This document shows positions 35,161-37,490 of a DNA stretch of 37,490 bases, piece after piece. The notes under the pieces were generated by a model. The model made no database searches, was not told the DNA's origin, and saw only the letters and a list, made by a program, of their open reading frames with translations. Position 1 is the first letter of the stretch. Each line of letters begins with the position of its first letter. The stretch spans positions 1 to 37,490 of the IMG/VR virus record IMGVR_UViG_3300024254_000007. One strand, written 5' to 3'. A program made the position numbers and the translations under genes. The DNA comes from a virus. Lineage: Duplodnaviria > Caudoviricetes.

Positions 35161-35539
35161 GCCGTGGAGTATACCGGAGGTCTGCACCGCTCGCCACGGC
35201 ATCGAGGGCGGCGCGGGCAAAGTGCAGGCGGCCCTTGGGCGGCCGCGGGAGCGGCACGAGCTCGCCGCGCTCGACCCGGGCGTAGAGCGTATCGAGCGAG
35301 ATGCGCAGGTAATCGGCGGCCTCGGGCGCCGTCAAAATCGCCCGCACGGTGCCGGGTTGTGGCGCCCGCTCGAGGACGACGGGCGCCGGGGCGGCCCGCT
35401 CGGCGCGCTCCGTCCGCACCCGGTCGTCGCACAAGGCGCAGAGGGATACGCATGGTGCGTGCGGGAGCTCGCGGACAAAGGCGTCCAGCTCGGGGAGCGT
35501 GAGTGCCGCCACCGCGGCGGCCAGCGCGGCGGCTTTCAC
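34952..35539 (-). CDS. xis: Excisionase-like HTH protein with long C-terminal extension
   Basis: ILTAPEAADYLRISLDTLYARVERGEL; upstream of int. Confidence 0.75.
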   Translation of the reverse strand: MKAAALAAAVAALTLPELDAFVRELPHAPCVSLCALCDDRVRTERAERAAPAPVVLERAPQPGTVRAILTAPEAADYLRISLDTLYARVERGELVPLPRPPKGRLHFARAALDAVASGADLRYTPRHDPTRRTSTAPAPRLDTAGARERPRGDGDDRRPLGARGAGSHGPRHGEPWAPGQAAWRGPDPGPHGGGS

Positions 35540-35716
35540 GCGCGCCCTCGCCCGACGTTGCGGCCGATTCTCCCCGTGCGCGTCATGATTCGCCCTCGAT
35601 TGCGGTCTGCGAGCGGGCGTGCCCGTTTCCAGTCACCACGCGCCCCCACTGCCCAACCCGGCAACGCACCCGCCCGAGAGCTGGAATATGTCGCGCTTGC
35701 GATGTGAGAGGGTCGC

Positions 35717-35745
35717 TCACTACTGCCGTTGTGTTTTTCTGTCAA
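35717..35745 (-). promoter_or_regulatory. Leftward sigma70-type promoter for the xis-int operon
   Basis: TTGACA-17 bp-TAGTGA in an AT-rich island. Confidence 0.55.
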
Positions 35746-35758
35746 GTCGAACTATGGT
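35729..35758 (+). promoter_or_regulatory. Rightward promoter for a leaderless RHH gene
   Basis: TTGTGT-18 bp-TATGGT, 6 nt before GTG 35765. Confidence 0.45.
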
Positions 35759-35764
35759 GTCAGC

Positions 35765-36094
35765 GTGCGGAAAACTGCACCTAAACGCGCGACTCGCAAG
35801 GACATTGAAGCATTGCGGCGCGTACGCTACGCCCGCGAGCGCATGGGGCGCCCGCCGCAACCGCCGCGCAGCTATGTCACGCGGCACATTCGATTTCGCC
35901 GGGTTATCGACGCCGGCGTGCGCCAAGCCGCGCGTGAGGAACGCCGCGGCTTTAACGACCTCGTGCAACTGATCGTGGAGGATTGGTTGCATGCCCGCGC
36001 CGAGCGCCGCGGGCACGAGCTCCCGGGCACGCCGGCGCCGCTCCTACCGCCTCGGCGTCACCGGCAACCCCGCCAGCCGCCGCGCAAGCCGTAG
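35765..36094 (+). CDS. Arc/Mnt-like RHH regulator (candidate repressor)
   Basis: RHIRFRRVIDAGVRQAAREERRGFNDLVQLIVEDWL; divergent from xis-int. Confidence 0.7.
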   Translation: MRKTAPKRATRKDIEALRRVRYARERMGRPPQPPRSYVTRHIRFRRVIDAGVRQAAREERRGFNDLVQLIVEDWLHARAERRGHELPGTPAPLLPPRRHRQPRQPPRKP

Positions 36095-36313
36095 CTGCGC
36101 CTCGAAGGCGCCGGGATGCACGACCGCGGCCCACGTCAACACGGCGCGGGCATCGAGCACGACGCCGGCCCGGCGCCAGCGCTTCAACGTGGCCTCGGCG
36201 ACGCCGAGCGCCTCGAGCACGGCCGTCGGCCCACCGGCGGCTTGGATGGTCCGATAGACCAGATTGACGGGCGTGCGCGGGCGGTTGCGCCCGTTCTTGC
36301 GGCGGCGTGCCAT
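36044..36313 (-). CDS. Cro-like HTH protein
   Basis: IQAAGGPTAVLEALGVAEATLKRWRRAG. Confidence 0.7.
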   Translation of the reverse strand: MARRRKNGRNRPRTPVNLVYRTIQAAGGPTAVLEALGVAEATLKRWRRAGVVLDARAVLTWAAVVHPGAFEAQLRLARRLAGLPVTPRR

Positions 36314-36387
36314 AGGGCTTGGATCTGTACCGTATCGGCGGGGGCGCGTCGAGCCAATCTAGGGGCCGCGCGCAATACGTGTCGTGC

Positions 36388-36417
36388 TTGACACCTAATC
36401 GGGCGGGGGCGTATGGT
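36388..36417 (+). promoter_or_regulatory. Sigma70-type promoter, leaderless, for the lipoprotein gene
   Basis: TTGACA-18 bp-TATGGT, 8 nt before ATG 36426. Confidence 0.6.
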
Positions 36418-36425
36418 CTAGCCAC

Positions 36426-36638
36426 ATGACAACCCCCCCCGCCCGCGTGCGCCGTCTCGTGACCGTCCTGCTCCTCGCCACCGCCCTGACCGGGTGTACG
36501 TGGTACGACATTTTCCGCATGCGCCAGATTCAGCGGCAAATGTACGAGGGCTACCAGGCGTATTGCGCCGAGCACGTCAAAGAATGCGTCGACGCCTACA
36601 ACCGGGCGCAAATCGACGTCAACCTCAACCGCCGATAA
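36426..36638 (+). CDS. Small lipoprotein
   Basis: Basic N-region, hydrophobic core, lipobox LTG-C. Confidence 0.75.
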   Translation: MTTPPARVRRLVTVLLLATALTGCTWYDIFRMRQIQRQMYEGYQAYCAEHVKECVDAYNRAQIDVNLNRR

Positions 36639-36640
36639 TG

Positions 36641-37078
36641 CTAGCCGGTCGCGCGACAGAGGAGCATGGGCGGGCGGCCGCGCCGGGCGCGAAACGTGCG
36701 GAGCGCCCGCGCGGGCGGCGTGGGCGGGCGGCGGGCGACCGTGGCACGGAGCCGCGCCCGCACGGCGTCGGCGTCGAGCTCGAGCACGTCGCACATGGGG
36801 CGAAACGCGAGCGGCCAGCGCTCGTCCTCGCTCATGAGCCACCGCCACGCGGTCGCATAGTCTCTCGCCGTCACCGGATAGCGCCGCAAATCCTCGAGGC
36901 TTGCCGTGAACACCGCTAAGAGTAAGCGCCGCTCGGGCACGACCTCGCGGCGCCGGGCGCGGAATGGGTCGAGCATCGCGACGGCGTCGGTCGGATCCGG
37001 GCCCGATTCCGGCAACCCGAAGCGGCGTCGCCCGCCCGAGATTTGCACCTGTGTACCGGCGCCGGAAGAAAATGCCAC
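36641..37078 (-). CDS. Conserved helical hypothetical protein (possible transcription regulator)
   Basis: PERRLLLAV...AWRWLMSED..WPLAFRPMCDVLELDADAVR motif. Confidence 0.6.
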   Translation of the reverse strand: MAFSSGAGTQVQISGGRRRFGLPESGPDPTDAVAMLDPFRARRREVVPERRLLLAVFTASLEDLRRYPVTARDYATAWRWLMSEDERWPLAFRPMCDVLELDADAVRARLRATVARRPPTPPARALRTFRARRGRPPMLLCRATG

Positions 37079-37124
37079 TATATCGGCCGTCTATCAGACC
37101 GCCGGCGTAACAGAAAGGCCAGCA

Positions 37125-37490
37125 ATGGAACCGCAAAGCATGCCCGCCGAGGCCGCCCCCGCCGTGGTACCCGACGCCGCGCCCGACGCGCTCGCTGCCG
37201 GGCTCGTGCTCGGCGACCCGGTCGCGCTCGCCGCCCGCCTCGAGACGTACACCAAAGCCCGCGAGATTTTCCTCGACTGGCTCTTTAACCGCCTCGTCGC
37301 GGGAAACGATTACATGCTCATCCACCGCAAGGTCGGGCCGCGCGGCAACAAGACGGAATGCCCGAATGCCGCCGACGCCAAGAGCCCCGCGTGCCCGACG
37401 TGCAAGGGCCGGGCGACCTTGTGCAAGCCGGGCACGGAGAAAATTACCGGCTTGCTGCAATTGCGCCCGCGCTTTCGGCGCGACGTCGAC
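37125..37490 (+). CDS. SSAP/recombinase, 5' part (continues at 1-889)
   Basis: ATG 37125 with AAAGG upstream; in frame through the overlap. Confidence 0.7.
   Translation, partial: MEPQSMPAEAAPAVVPDAAPDALAAGLVLGDPVALAARLETYTKAREIFLDWLFNRLVAGNDYMLIHRKVGPRGNKTECPNAADAKSPACPTCKGRATLCKPGTEKITGLLQLRPRFRRDVD
37364..37490 (+). repeat. Terminal direct repeat, copy 2
   Basis: Identical to 1-127. Confidence 0.95.

Larger units (their letters stand above)
1..37490. mobile_element. Complete circular temperate podovirus-like bacteriophage genome (excised/attP form)
   Basis: Terminal 127-nt overlap; head, short-tail, lysis, replication and integration modules; intact attP; no host housekeeping genes. Confidence 0.93.

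Noticed and set aside
37364-37490. Biological direct terminal repeat
   Set aside because: Exactly 127 nt (a common assembler k-mer) and it falls mid-gene; best read as a circularity overlap

Overview
The window looks like one complete, circular, very GC-rich temperate phage genome of about 37.36 kb. The last 127 nt repeat the first 127 nt, as expected from an assembler overlap. The virion module is podovirus-like: portal, scaffold, N4-gp56-type capsid, adaptor, nozzle, tail fibres and ejection proteins, with no tape measure. It also has a holin/M15-like endolysin pair, an SSAP plus PD-(D/E)XK nuclease, a replication initiator with iterons, a RuvC-like resolvase, and xis/int with an attP matching the 3' half of tRNA-Lys(CTT). 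Four observations stand out. (1) Two tandem GNAT acyltransferase genes sit directly upstream of two otherwise unrelated ejection proteins that share a near-identical 21-aa N-terminal leader ending in YG, which suggests a leader-directed processing/acylation system. (2) The large terminase is split into ATPase and nuclease genes 5.6 kb apart on opposite strands. (3) An HNH-AP2 endonuclease sits at the terminase ATPase 3' end, flanked by a recoded duplicate of that 3' end. (4) attP lies between the xis-int operon and the co-oriented replication genes. All calls come from motif recognition by eye; no searches were run.
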